Shown here in pieces: positions 31,139 through 40,546 of a stretch of 64,000 nt of DNA (positions are counted from its first letter, which is position 1; each line of letters starts with the position of its first letter). The DNA lies in assembly GCA_963783385.1 (NCBI GenBank), contig CAWANJ010000001.1:608001-672000 (forward strand), written 5' to 3'. Under the pieces are notes generated by a model that saw only the letters and a list, made by a program, of their open reading frames with translations, did not search any database and was not told where the DNA came from. A program made the translations under genes and the position numbers. This stretch comes from an uncultured Gemmatimonadales bacterium. GTDB taxonomy: Bacteria > Gemmatimonadota > Gemmatimonadetes > Palauibacterales > Palauibacteraceae.

Positions 31139-32686
31139 TCAACCCGAACCGCCGTCCCGCCCGGGGCCGGCGTCCGCCGACTGCAGTGACGTCATGTCCT
31201 CGCGGCCCTGTTCGCCGACCCGCTCCAGGAGAACGTGGGGGGCCTCGGCCTCGAAGTAGGCGGTCGTGTTGGAGAGGCCGCTGGCGATGTTGACCCGGTA
31301 GGCCCGGTAGGACTTCCCGCCCACGCGCACGGTAATCACGTCCCGCACGTCGTAGCGCTCGTGCGTGACCTGCCCCGTGCGCGGGTCGAAGGCCGCGAAC
31401 TCCACGCTCCTCCCGGCCAGGGAGTCCTCGACCATCGTGGCGAACGCCAGGTCCAGGGTGCCGCGCAGGAGAACGCCGTCGGGCAGGTCCCGGTCCAGGT
31501 CGCGGCCGGCGCCCGCCGTGTCGTGGATCACGCCGCGGACGTGGTCGCCGTCGAACTGGAGGTCGTAGTCCGCCCTCGCCCAGCCCTGGGCCCGCTTCGT
31601 GGCGATCTCACCGCGGGCGGAGATCGGGTGCAGGTCGCCGGCGGCCACGATCGTGCGCTCTCGCTCGCGGCTCACGACCTGGGGCGTCTCGAACGGCCCG
31701 GACGGTTCGGTCGTCTCGCTCTCGACATAGCGCTCGATGCGCGGCTTCCCGCCTCCGACTGTCTCGATGCGGCGGTAGGCGATGCGGGTCTGCCGGCGCC
31801 GCTCACCGCCGGCCGAGCCCTGGAGGTCCAGCGTGTACCCCCGGAAGCTCTCCAGGTCGAAGCTCAGGCCCTGGTTCACCGAGCCCTCCCCCCGTACGGG
31901 GCGCGAGACGTCGCGGCCCGTGGTCGACGGGCTCGGGGCGAGTACGGCGACCGGCTGGTTGCCGAGGTGGTCGAGCAGGCCGCGCACGTAGTTGATCGGC
32001 ACGGCGAAGTTCAGGTTCTGACCGGCCTGCATCTGGGAGACGGCGACGCCGATGACCCGCCCGTTCCGGGAGAGCACCGGTCCCCCGCTCGAACCCGGCG
32101 AGGCGGGCGCGCTCACCTGGATGAGCGAGTACCCCTCCTTCTCCTGCCGGCGCCCGCTCACGATGCCCGTGGACATCGTGTTCTCGAGCCCCAGAGGACT
32201 TCCGATGAGGACCACGGCGGCCCCCGTGTGCACCGAGTCCGAGTTGCCCAACGACAGGGCGGGGAGATGGAAGCCGGGGATCTGGATCACCGCCAGGTCA
32301 CGGCGCTGGTCCGTGGCCAGTACGGTCACGTTCTCGTACACGTCCCCGGACGCCAGCTTGACCCGAATGCTGCGGGCGTCCCGGACGACGTGGTAGTTGG
32401 TGACGATGCGGCCGCTGGAGTCGACCAGGAAGCCGCTGCCCTGGCGCGTGTCCGTGGGGGTGCGGACATCGATGCGGACCACGGCGGCCGTGACCTTCGA
32501 CGCCAGCCGCTCCAGGGTGTCCCCGCCCGGGACAGACCCGCCGTGGGTCGTGTCGGAGGCCGCCTGGACCGGGCGTCCGTAAGCGGGTCCGGCGGAGAGC
32601 GCCCCCCACAGGAGGGCCAGGGGCACCAGGACGGAGCGGGGCCTGGGCCCGCGCGCTCCGGAACGACAGCACATCCTCATCATCAC
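31139..32686 (-). CDS. Exported S1C trypsin-like serine protease with non-PDZ C-terminal domain
   Basis: GSGF, TNYHVV, DLAV, GSPLGL, PGSSGGP catalytic triad motifs. Confidence 0.85.
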   Translation of the reverse strand: MMMRMCCRSGARGPRPRSVLVPLALLWGALSAGPAYGRPVQAASDTTHGGSVPGGDTLERLASKVTAAVVRIDVRTPTDTRQGSGFLVDSSGRIVTNYHVVRDARSIRVKLASGDVYENVTVLATDQRRDLAVIQIPGFHLPALSLGNSDSVHTGAAVVLIGSPLGLENTMSTGIVSGRRQEKEGYSLIQVSAPASPGSSGGPVLSRNGRVIGVAVSQMQAGQNLNFAVPINYVRGLLDHLGNQPVAVLAPSPSTTGRDVSRPVRGEGSVNQGLSFDLESFRGYTLDLQGSAGGERRRQTRIAYRRIETVGGGKPRIERYVESETTEPSGPFETPQVVSRERERTIVAAGDLHPISARGEIATKRAQGWARADYDLQFDGDHVRGVIHDTAGAGRDLDRDLPDGVLLRGTLDLAFATMVEDSLAGRSVEFAAFDPRTGQVTHERYDVRDVITVRVGGKSYRAYRVNIASGLSNTTAYFEAEAPHVLLERVGEQGREDMTSLQSADAGPGRDGGSG

Positions 32687-32955
32687 GCCACCTCCGCGAG
32701 GTGATACGGGCGGCCCGGCACGCCTGTCAGGGTCGGGGCGCGGGCTGCCCGACGACCGGGAGGGCCGCCTCGTTCCTTCATCGGCCTCCTAAGGATTCAC
32801 CGCGGGCAGGGCTCCGGCGCAAGGTTCGGAGTCGGCGAGCCCTGTTCCGCGGGCGGCGCGCGGGCCTATCCTGTTGCCGTCGCACGCGGCCGCCCGGGGC
32901 CCGCGCCATCCACCCCGGGCGGCGGCCCGAACCCCTGGCGCCGGAGAGCACGCGC

Positions 32956-34932
32956 ATGAGCAGCCTGTCCCGACTTCGCAGCTTCATCCTCCTCGCAGGC
33001 ACGCTGATCCTCCCGTGGACGGCCGCCAGGCCGGCCGCGGCCCAGCAGACGATCCCGGTCGACTCTCTCCCGAACGAGACGCCGGCGCACTTCACGCCGG
33101 TGGACTCCAGTTTCGACTACGTGCGGCGGGACGTGATGATCCCCATGCGCGACGGGGTGAAGCTCCACACGGTGATCCTCGTCCCGAAGGGCGCCAAGGA
33201 CGCGCCCATCCTCATGACGAGGACACCGTACGACGCGAGCTCCCAGGTCTCCTACGCCTACACGTCGCAGATGGGGCCGCGGCTCAACGGCTACGACAAC
33301 GCGCTCGACGTGATCCTGCGGGGCGGCTACATCCGGGTCATCCAGGACATCCGAGGCAAGTACGGCTCCGAGGGCGAGTACGTGATGAACCGCCCCTTCG
33401 TCGGACCGCTCAATCCCACGAATGTCGACGAGTCCACCGACACGTGGGACACGATCGACTGGCTGGTCAAGCACGTGCCCGAGTCGAACGGGAAGGTCGG
33501 GATCCTGGGGATCTCCTACGACGGATACACGAGCCTCACGCCGCTCGTGAACCCGCACCCCGCCCTCAAGGTCGTGGTGCCGATGAACCCGATGGTGGAC
33601 GGCTGGATGGGGGACGACTGGTTCCACCACGGCGCCTTCCGCGCGCAGAACATGCCCTACATCCTCGAGCAGGAGGCCTCGCGGACCAACGCGTATCACT
33701 GGTGGACCAACGCCTGGGACGACTACGACCTGTACATGAACGGGGTCTCGGCCGGCCAGCTCGGGAAGGAGCACGGCCTCGAGCAGGTGGGCTTCTGGCG
33801 GAAGATCGTCCAGCATCCCGACTACGACCGCTGGTGGCAGCTCCAGGCCATGGACTCGATCCTGGCCAGGCAGCCCCTGAAGGTCCCCGTGATGCTGGTC
33901 CACAGCCTGTGGGACCAGGAGGACATCTACGGCGCCCCGGCCGTATACCGCGCCCTGGAGCCCAAGGACACGAACAACGACATGGTCTACCTGGTCATGG
34001 GCCCCTGGCATCACGGGCAGGAGATCGAGAACGGGAGCTCGCTGGGGGCGCTCCAGTTCAACAGCAACACGTCACTCTACTTCCAGCGCCACATCCTGGG
34101 GCCCTTCCTGGCCCACTACCTGAAGGACGGCTCGCCCCCGGACAGCGTGGCGCCGGTCACGGCCTACCTCACGGGAGCGGACCGCTGGGAGCGGCTGCAG
34201 TCGTGGCCCTCGGGGTGCGCATCCGGGTGCACGGTGACCCCCACGCCCCTGTACCTGGAGGGCGGCATGAAGGTGGGCTTTCGGAAGCCGGCCGCCGGGG
34301 ACTCGGCCTTCGACGCCTACATCTCCGACCCCGCCAGGCCGGTGCCCTTCCGGGCGCGGCCCATCCAGCCGGTGGGCTACAGCGGGCGGCTCACCTGGCC
34401 GCAGTGGCTGGTGGACGACCAGCGCGAGGCCTCGGGCCGCACCGACGTGCTGGCGTACGAGTCCCAGCCCCTCACCGACTCGGTCCAGATCAGCGGCCGG
34501 CCGCTCGTCCACCTGGTCGCCTCGACCACGGGCACCGACGCCGACTGGGTGGTGAAGCTCATCGACGTGTATCCGCCCGAGGACGCCGAGCAGCCCGACA
34601 TGGGCGGCTACCAGCTGGCCGTGTCCATGGACATCTTCCGGGGACGCTACCGGGAGAGCTACTCGAAGCCCGAGCCCATCACCCCGAACCAGCCGCTGGT
34701 CTACACCTTCCACCTGCCCACGGCCAACCACGTGTTCCGGCCCGGGCACCGGATCATGGTGCAGATCCAGTCGAGCTGGTTCCCGCTGTACGACCGCAAC
34801 CCCCAGACGTTCGTGAAGAACATCTTCTGGGCGACGCCGGGCGACTACCGGAAGGCCACCATGCGGGTCTACCATTCGCCCTCGAACGACACCTACCTCG
34901 ACCTGCCGCTGGTGAAGAAGTCGGGCGGTTGA
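32956..34932 (+). CDS. CocE/NonD hydrolase (alpha-amino acid ester hydrolase-like), exported
   Basis: IPMRDGVKL, RTPY, QDIRGKYGSEG, GISYDG, WDQED, GPWHH, SSWFPLYDRNPQ. Confidence 0.92.
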   Translation: MSSLSRLRSFILLAGTLILPWTAARPAAAQQTIPVDSLPNETPAHFTPVDSSFDYVRRDVMIPMRDGVKLHTVILVPKGAKDAPILMTRTPYDASSQVSYAYTSQMGPRLNGYDNALDVILRGGYIRVIQDIRGKYGSEGEYVMNRPFVGPLNPTNVDESTDTWDTIDWLVKHVPESNGKVGILGISYDGYTSLTPLVNPHPALKVVVPMNPMVDGWMGDDWFHHGAFRAQNMPYILEQEASRTNAYHWWTNAWDDYDLYMNGVSAGQLGKEHGLEQVGFWRKIVQHPDYDRWWQLQAMDSILARQPLKVPVMLVHSLWDQEDIYGAPAVYRALEPKDTNNDMVYLVMGPWHHGQEIENGSSLGALQFNSNTSLYFQRHILGPFLAHYLKDGSPPDSVAPVTAYLTGADRWERLQSWPSGCASGCTVTPTPLYLEGGMKVGFRKPAAGDSAFDAYISDPARPVPFRARPIQPVGYSGRLTWPQWLVDDQREASGRTDVLAYESQPLTDSVQISGRPLVHLVASTTGTDADWVVKLIDVYPPEDAEQPDMGGYQLAVSMDIFRGRYRESYSKPEPITPNQPLVYTFHLPTANHVFRPGHRIMVQIQSSWFPLYDRNPQTFVKNIFWATPGDYRKATMRVYHSPSNDTYLDLPLVKKSGG

Positions 34933-35032
34933 CTTTCGCCCGCCGGGCCGCCGGGCCGCGGCGCCAAGTGCGCCGCGGCCCCCGGAGCCGCCGACCCGCT
35001 TTCTCTCCCGCCATCCCGGAGACCGTCTGACC

Positions 35033-36985
35033 GTGTGCGGATTCGTCGTGTTCCTGGGCGAGGCCGGTCCCGACACCGCCGCGCGGCTCGACGAGGCCAC
35101 CGCGTCCCTCACCCACCGTGGGCCGGACGACCGCGGCACCTACCGGGACGAGCGCGTGCTCATGGGGCACCGCCGGCTGTCGATCCTCGACCTGACGCGC
35201 TCGGCCGCGCAGCCGATGATCGACCCGGCCTCCAGGGCCGTGCTCGTCTACAACGGGGAGATCTACAACTACCGGGAGCTGCGGGACGAGCTCGAGGGAC
35301 TCGGTCACCGGTTCCGGAGCGATGGGGACAGCGAGGTGCTGCTGCAGGCCTTCCTGCGCTGGGGTCCGGACGCCTGCCGCCGCTTCAACGGGATGTGGGC
35401 GTTCGCGGTGTGGCTCCCCGGAACCCGCCGCCTGTTCGTCTCCCGGGACCGCTTCGGCATCAAGCCGCTCTACTACGCCTTCACTCGGCGCGGCGTGCTC
35501 CTCGGCTCGGAGCCCAAGGCCATCCTGGCTATGGAGCCGTCGCTCCGCGACCCGGACGTGGTGGCCCTGGCCACCTACCTGGCGGGGGGACGACCGCACC
35601 ACGAGGGACGCACCTTCTACCGGGACGTCCGCAGCTTCCCGGCGGCGCACCACGCCTGGCTCGAGCCGGGCGATCGTCGGCTCGTGGCCACGCGGTACTG
35701 GGACTACCCCGACTTCGACCGCGGCGCCGCCTCGCTCGAGGACTCGCTCGACGAGTTCGGCGAGCTACTGGACAGCGCCGTGGGGCTCCGACTTCGGAGC
35801 GATGTCGAGGTCGGCTACCTGGTCTCCGGCGGCACCGATTCCTCGGCCATCCTGGCCTCCGTGGCGAAGCAACGCGCGCCCGTCGGACACTGCTTCACCT
35901 CCACCTACGGCGACGAGGGTCGCGGGGAGGCCGGCTGGGCGGTGCGCGCCACGCGGGCGGTCGGCGAGCCGCTGATCGAGGCCTCGTCCCTCCGGCAAGG
36001 CTGGCTGGAGACGCTCTCGAAGGTGTCCTGGCACCTGGACTCCCCCACCCCCCACACCCACGCATTTCCCCGCTGGGCGCTCCTCCGGAACGTGGCGGAG
36101 GCCGGAGTGACCGTCGTGCTCGAGGGCCAGGGCGCGGACGAGGAGCTGGCCGGCTACGCCCACTACGCCGGACGGTTCCTGGCCGAGCTCCTCCGCGGCC
36201 TGCCGCGCCACGCCGCCCGTTCGCGCCGCGCGCGCCTGGCGACGGGCGCACCGGTGGTGCGCGCTGGGGTGGTGGGCTTCGGCTGGCGGGTGCTGGTCAG
36301 CCGGGTTCTCCGGGACCTCCTCCCGGAAATGGACCCTCCCTACCGGAGACGGCGGGGAGTGGAAGGCATCCTCGACCCCGGCCTGCGGCGCGTCCTGCGA
36401 GAGGCGGCGCCAGACGTCGACGATCCGGCCGAAGGGTTCGGATCGGAAGGCGTCCCCTGGAGCGCGACGCGCCGGGCCGGACGCGGCCGGTCGGCGAGCG
36501 ACGACCGGGTCGACACGGCGGTGCACGCCCTCCTGCGCAGGGATCACGGGGCCGGCTCGCTCCCCAGCCTCCTCCAGCTCGGCGACGCCGTCAGCATGGC
36601 GCACTCGGTGGAGTCTCGCCTTCCGTTCCTGGACCACCGGCTCGTGGAGTGGTGCTTCCGGCTTCCGCCCACTCTCCTGTTCCAGCATGGCGAGACGAAG
36701 TGGCCCGTCCGCGGCTACCTGCGGCGGAGTCCGCTCGCCCCACTGGCCGACCGCCCGCGCAAGGGGGCCTTTCCCACGCCGCTCATGCGCTGGATCGTCG
36801 ACGAGGGTGGCCACGATGTCGAGGACGTGGTCACGGGCCCGGGCGCTCGCATCACGGAGTACTGCGATCGGGGCGGCATCCTTGGACTGTTCGCCATGGC
36901 CCGGCAGGGGGAGCCGGTCGTGAGCCACCACCTGTTCCGCCTGGCGTTCGCCGAGCTGTGGCTGCGGAGCTGCGTGAGCGCCTGA
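35033..36985 (+). CDS. asnB: Asparagine synthase (glutamine-hydrolysing)-like amidotransferase
   Basis: MCG N-terminus, HRGPD, HRRLSILD, NGEIYN, SGGTDSS, GQGADE, ESRLPFLD. Confidence 0.88.
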   Translation: MCGFVVFLGEAGPDTAARLDEATASLTHRGPDDRGTYRDERVLMGHRRLSILDLTRSAAQPMIDPASRAVLVYNGEIYNYRELRDELEGLGHRFRSDGDSEVLLQAFLRWGPDACRRFNGMWAFAVWLPGTRRLFVSRDRFGIKPLYYAFTRRGVLLGSEPKAILAMEPSLRDPDVVALATYLAGGRPHHEGRTFYRDVRSFPAAHHAWLEPGDRRLVATRYWDYPDFDRGAASLEDSLDEFGELLDSAVGLRLRSDVEVGYLVSGGTDSSAILASVAKQRAPVGHCFTSTYGDEGRGEAGWAVRATRAVGEPLIEASSLRQGWLETLSKVSWHLDSPTPHTHAFPRWALLRNVAEAGVTVVLEGQGADEELAGYAHYAGRFLAELLRGLPRHAARSRRARLATGAPVVRAGVVGFGWRVLVSRVLRDLLPEMDPPYRRRRGVEGILDPGLRRVLREAAPDVDDPAEGFGSEGVPWSATRRAGRGRSASDDRVDTAVHALLRRDHGAGSLPSLLQLGDAVSMAHSVESRLPFLDHRLVEWCFRLPPTLLFQHGETKWPVRGYLRRSPLAPLADRPRKGAFPTPLMRWIVDEGGHDVEDVVTGPGARITEYCDRGGILGLFAMARQGEPVVSHHLFRLAFAELWLRSCVSA

Positions 36986-37232
36986 CGCCGCCAAGTCCAT
37001 CCCGTGCAAGGCCTTCGGCCTTGCACTTCGCACATCTTTTCCGTTTTCTGCACTCCGTGACGGCCCGCCGTGCCCGGGCATGGCGCGTGCATAACTCAGC
37101 ATATCATTGTGGGCGATAGCGGTACACCGCCCTATCCATCACACCGTACGCATCTTGCCCTCTGCTCCCCCGGGTCCGGCCGACAGCCGACCGGACCGGC
37201 GACACGGGCACCGTAACCCCGAAGGAGAGAGC

Positions 37233-37916
37233 ATGAAGAGAATCGCGTCCGCGTTGTTCGCTTTCGCCATGGCCCTGGCCCTCACGGCCGCCCCTCGACC
37301 CGTCCACGCCCAGGGGCTGGCGATCGGCGTCGAGGGCGGCGCCACCTTCGCCGACCTGCACGTGTCCGGCGCATCCACGCAGCTCGGCCACCGCACCGGC
37401 TACCGGCTCGCCGGGGTCCTGCGCTTCGGGTTCGCCGGCCCGTTCGGGCTCGAGACCGGCGTCGGCCTGGCCCAGAAGGGCGCCGTGGCCACGCCCGCGC
37501 AGACAGGACTCACCTCCAACGTCGACTTCAACCTGAACTACGTGGAGATCCCGCTCCTCCTCACCCTGGGGATCCCGACCGGCCCCTTCCCGCTCCACCC
37601 GAGGGTGTTCGCGGGTCCGCAGGTGGGCTTCCGTAGCACCTGCAGCCTGTCCGGCACCATCTCCGGCGTGTCGGCCTCGGTGGACTGCGGTGGCGGGTCG
37701 CTGGGCACGACCAGCTTCGACACGAACAGCACCGACTTCAGCCTGGTGTTCGGTGGCGGCCTGGACTTCCCGCTGGCCGGTCCGCTGGCCTTCACGGTGG
37801 ACGGTCGCTACGACCTGGGCCTCAGCGACATCAACCCGTCGGGGAGCAGCTCCACCACCTCGACCAAGAACCGCACCTTTACGATCATGGGGGGCGTGCT
37901 GCTGCACCTTCCGTGA
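37233..37916 (+). CDS. Outer-membrane beta-barrel (porin family) protein, paralog 1
   Basis: Signal peptide VHA|Q, QKGA, LNYVEIPLL, FAGPQVGF, DGRYDLGL. Confidence 0.85.
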   Translation: MKRIASALFAFAMALALTAAPRPVHAQGLAIGVEGGATFADLHVSGASTQLGHRTGYRLAGVLRFGFAGPFGLETGVGLAQKGAVATPAQTGLTSNVDFNLNYVEIPLLLTLGIPTGPFPLHPRVFAGPQVGFRSTCSLSGTISGVSASVDCGGGSLGTTSFDTNSTDFSLVFGGGLDFPLAGPLAFTVDGRYDLGLSDINPSGSSSTTSTKNRTFTIMGGVLLHLP

Positions 37917-37978
37917 GGACCTGAGGTCTCGAGGGCGGGCGCCGCGAGCGACGACGCCCGCGGCGGCCCGCCTCTCCT

Positions 37979-38179
37979 GACTACACTTGTCGTCCGTCGT
38001 AGCTGTCGGCTACACCTGTAGTCGCCGCACCGCACCGCTTGGCGAAATCCGACAAACACTCGCGTCTTCCTGCAGTTCGGGATGAGACACGCGGACGCCA
38101 CGGGCCCGCAGACGCACGAGTATCCCACGTAGCATCAATGACTTGCCGATCGTCTCGCCGGAGAGGAACGCGATTTGCT
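37979..38179 (+). promoter_or_regulatory. sigma54 promoter with IHF-like site and two upstream palindromes
   Basis: AGGAACG-CGAT-TTGCT at 38164-38179; CATCAA-TGAC-TTG at 38133-38145; GACTACA-CT-TGTCGTC 37979-37994 and GGCTACA-CC-TGTAGTC 38008-38023. Confidence 0.65.
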
Positions 38180-38293
38180 TTTTCGCGGGCCGGACCATCC
38201 GGCTCGTCCGCCGAGTTTCCACGGTACCGGCCAGGACGACGACCCGGTCAATCTCGAACACATTCCCCATTTTTCAACCTGAAGAGGTGCATC

Positions 38294-38980
38294 ATGAAGA
38301 GAGTCGCTACCGGAACCCTGTCGGCGCTGCTGGCGCTGGCCCTGTCGGCCGCCGGGCGGCCCGCCGACGCCCAGGGCCTGGCCCTCGGCGTCGAGGGCGG
38401 CGTCAACTTCTCCAAGGTCCACGTGAACCCGGCCCTCACCGGCGCCGACATCAGCAACCGCACGGGCGTGAGGATCGCCGGCGTGCTGCGCTACGGCTTT
38501 GCCGGCCCCATCGGGATCGAGACCGGCGTGGCGTGGAGCCAGAAGGGCGCCAAGGTCGCCGACCCGTCGGGCTCCGGCCTCGAGGAGAACGTGCACCTCG
38601 ACTACTTCCAGGTGCCCCTGTTCCTGACGCTGACGATCCCGACCGGGCCGTCCCCGGTCCACCCGAGGCTGTTCGCCGGCCCCCAGGTGGGCTTCCAGAG
38701 CCGCTGCAACATCTCGGCGACCGACGGCACGACTACGGTCTCGGCGGCCTGCGACTCTCCCGACCTGGGCGAGAGCGGGCTCCAGACCAAGAAGACCACG
38801 TTCGGCCTCGCGTTCGGCGGCGGCCTGGACTTCGACGTGGGTGGCCCGGTGACCCTCACCGTCGACGGCCGCTACGAGCTCGGGCTCAACGACATCAACG
38901 ACTCCGGCGTGGCCGGCGACCCGTCGATCAAGAACCGCTCGTTCTCGATCTCCGGCGGCCTGCTGGTGAGGGTGCCGTAA
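38294..38980 (+). CDS. Outer-membrane beta-barrel (porin family) protein, paralog 2
   Basis: Clear paralog of 37233..37916 (QGLALGVEGG, QKGA, FAGPQVGF, two Cys, DGRYELGL). Confidence 0.85.
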   Translation: MKRVATGTLSALLALALSAAGRPADAQGLALGVEGGVNFSKVHVNPALTGADISNRTGVRIAGVLRYGFAGPIGIETGVAWSQKGAKVADPSGSGLEENVHLDYFQVPLFLTLTIPTGPSPVHPRLFAGPQVGFQSRCNISATDGTTTVSAACDSPDLGESGLQTKKTTFGLAFGGGLDFDVGGPVTLTVDGRYELGLNDINDSGVAGDPSIKNRSFSISGGLLVRVP

Positions 38981-39038
38981 CCCTCTGAGGCACCGAACCG
39001 GACGCGGCGCGCCGCCGCGTCACGGGCAGCAGGATGCG

Positions 39039-39070
39039 CGAAGGGCCCGCCTCGGCGGGCCCTTCGTCGT
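39039..39070. terminator. Hairpin between convergent porin gene and pilC
   Basis: CGAAGGGCCCGCC-TC-GGCGGGCCCTTCG. Confidence 0.7.
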
Positions 39071-39249
39071 TACGGAGGGGGGGATCGCCGCGGCGCCTGG
39101 TCAGCAGAGAGACTATGCGCTTACGCGCACAATCAAGCTGCTGGTGCGCCTTGGGTATCTCGAGGCCGGCCGCCGGAATTCTCCGACTACCCTGGACACA
39201 CAAAACGCGCAAGGCCGATCTGTGTCGGACCCCGACAGCGTCCGACTTC

Positions 39250-40449
39250 CTAGTGAATCGCGTTCACCAGGCTGAAGATCGGGAGGTACATGGCCACGAT
39301 CATGCCGCCCACGATCGTGCCGAGGACGACGATCATGGCCGGCTCGAGCGCCTTGAGCAGCGACTCGACCGCGACGTCGACCTCATCGTCGTAGAAGTCG
39401 GCCACCTTGGAGAGCATGCCGTCCAGGTCTCCGGTCTCCTCGCCCACGTGGATCATCTGCGTGACCATGGGCGGGAACACCTCGGTCTCCTTGAGCGGCT
39501 CGGCGATGGAGCGGCCGCCGGCGATCGAGGCGCGGCTGGTCATCACGGCGTCGTGGATGACCCGGTTGCCGGAGGTCTTGGCCGTGATCTCGAGGCCTTC
39601 CAGGATGCTGACGCCCGACGAGAGCAGCGTGCTCAGGGTGCGGGTGAAGCGCGCCACGGCGGCCTTGCGGGCCAGGGTGCCCAGGATCGGGATCCGGAGC
39701 AGCGACCGATCGAAGACGAGCCGGCCGCCCGGCGTCTTGACCCAGCGCTGGAAGGCGAAGCCGAGCAGGATCAGCCCGCCCAGGAGGAAGATGCCATAGT
39801 GCTGCAGCGCCTGCGACATGGCGATCACGATCCGCGTCGGGAGCGGCAGCGTGGCGTTGAAGCTGGCGAACATCGTCTGGAAGGTCGGGATCACGAACAG
39901 CAGCAGGATCGCGATCGCCGCGATGGCCACCACCATCACCACGGCCGGGTATATCATGGCGCCCTTCACCTTGCGGGCCAGGGCGTCGTTCTTCTCCAGG
40001 AAGGTGGCCAGGCGCAGCAGGATGGTGTCCAGGATCCCGCCCGCCTCGCCGGCCTCCACCATGTTCACGTACAGGCCCGAGAAGATGGCCTCGTGCTCGC
40101 GGAGCGCGTCGGCCAGCGTGTGGCCGGACTCCACGTCGTAGAGGATTTCCTGGATCGTCTTCTCGAGGACCTTGTTCTCGGTCTGCTGCTGGAGGATGTC
40201 GAGGGCCTGCACGAGCGGCAGACCTGCGTTCACCATGGTGGCGAACTGCCGGGTGAACAGCACCAGGTCGCGGGTCTTGACCCCGCTCCCGAAGGTGAAA
40301 GAGAGCTCCTTGGGCTTCTCCCGAATGGTGATCGGGATGAGCTTCTGCCTGCGCAGATAGGAGACGACATCGTCCCGCGTGGCGAGGTCCACCGAGTCGC
40401 GGTGGATCTCCCCTCCGACGGTCCTCGCACTGTAGTTCCAAATCGCCAT
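39250..40449 (-). CDS. pilC: Type IV pilus platform protein (T2SSF family)
   Basis: FTRQFATMVNAGLPL, AGEAGGILD, GAMIYP, GEETGDLD, AMYLPIF. Confidence 0.95.
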   Translation of the reverse strand: MAIWNYSARTVGGEIHRDSVDLATRDDVVSYLRRQKLIPITIREKPKELSFTFGSGVKTRDLVLFTRQFATMVNAGLPLVQALDILQQQTENKVLEKTIQEILYDVESGHTLADALREHEAIFSGLYVNMVEAGEAGGILDTILLRLATFLEKNDALARKVKGAMIYPAVVMVVAIAAIAILLLFVIPTFQTMFASFNATLPLPTRIVIAMSQALQHYGIFLLGGLILLGFAFQRWVKTPGGRLVFDRSLLRIPILGTLARKAAVARFTRTLSTLLSSGVSILEGLEITAKTSGNRVIHDAVMTSRASIAGGRSIAEPLKETEVFPPMVTQMIHVGEETGDLDGMLSKVADFYDDEVDVAVESLLKALEPAMIVVLGTIVGGMIVAMYLPIFSLVNAIH

Positions 40450-40546
40450 GACTTCCTACCTCCTGTGGAGCGCCGGCGCGGGGCCGGCTCGTCGCTCCAT
40501 GTTCGGGACGGGCCCTACCGCCACGGGTGCTCCCGCCCCCACCACT

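Noticed and set aside
35033-36985. AsnB as lasso-peptide cyclase
   Set aside because: Intact glutaminase domain (MCG); no B1/B2 proteins or precursor nearby
39223-39237. Palindrome TGTCGG-ACC-CCGACA downstream of pilC
   Set aside because: Lies between convergent gene ends with no promoter identified; may be chance
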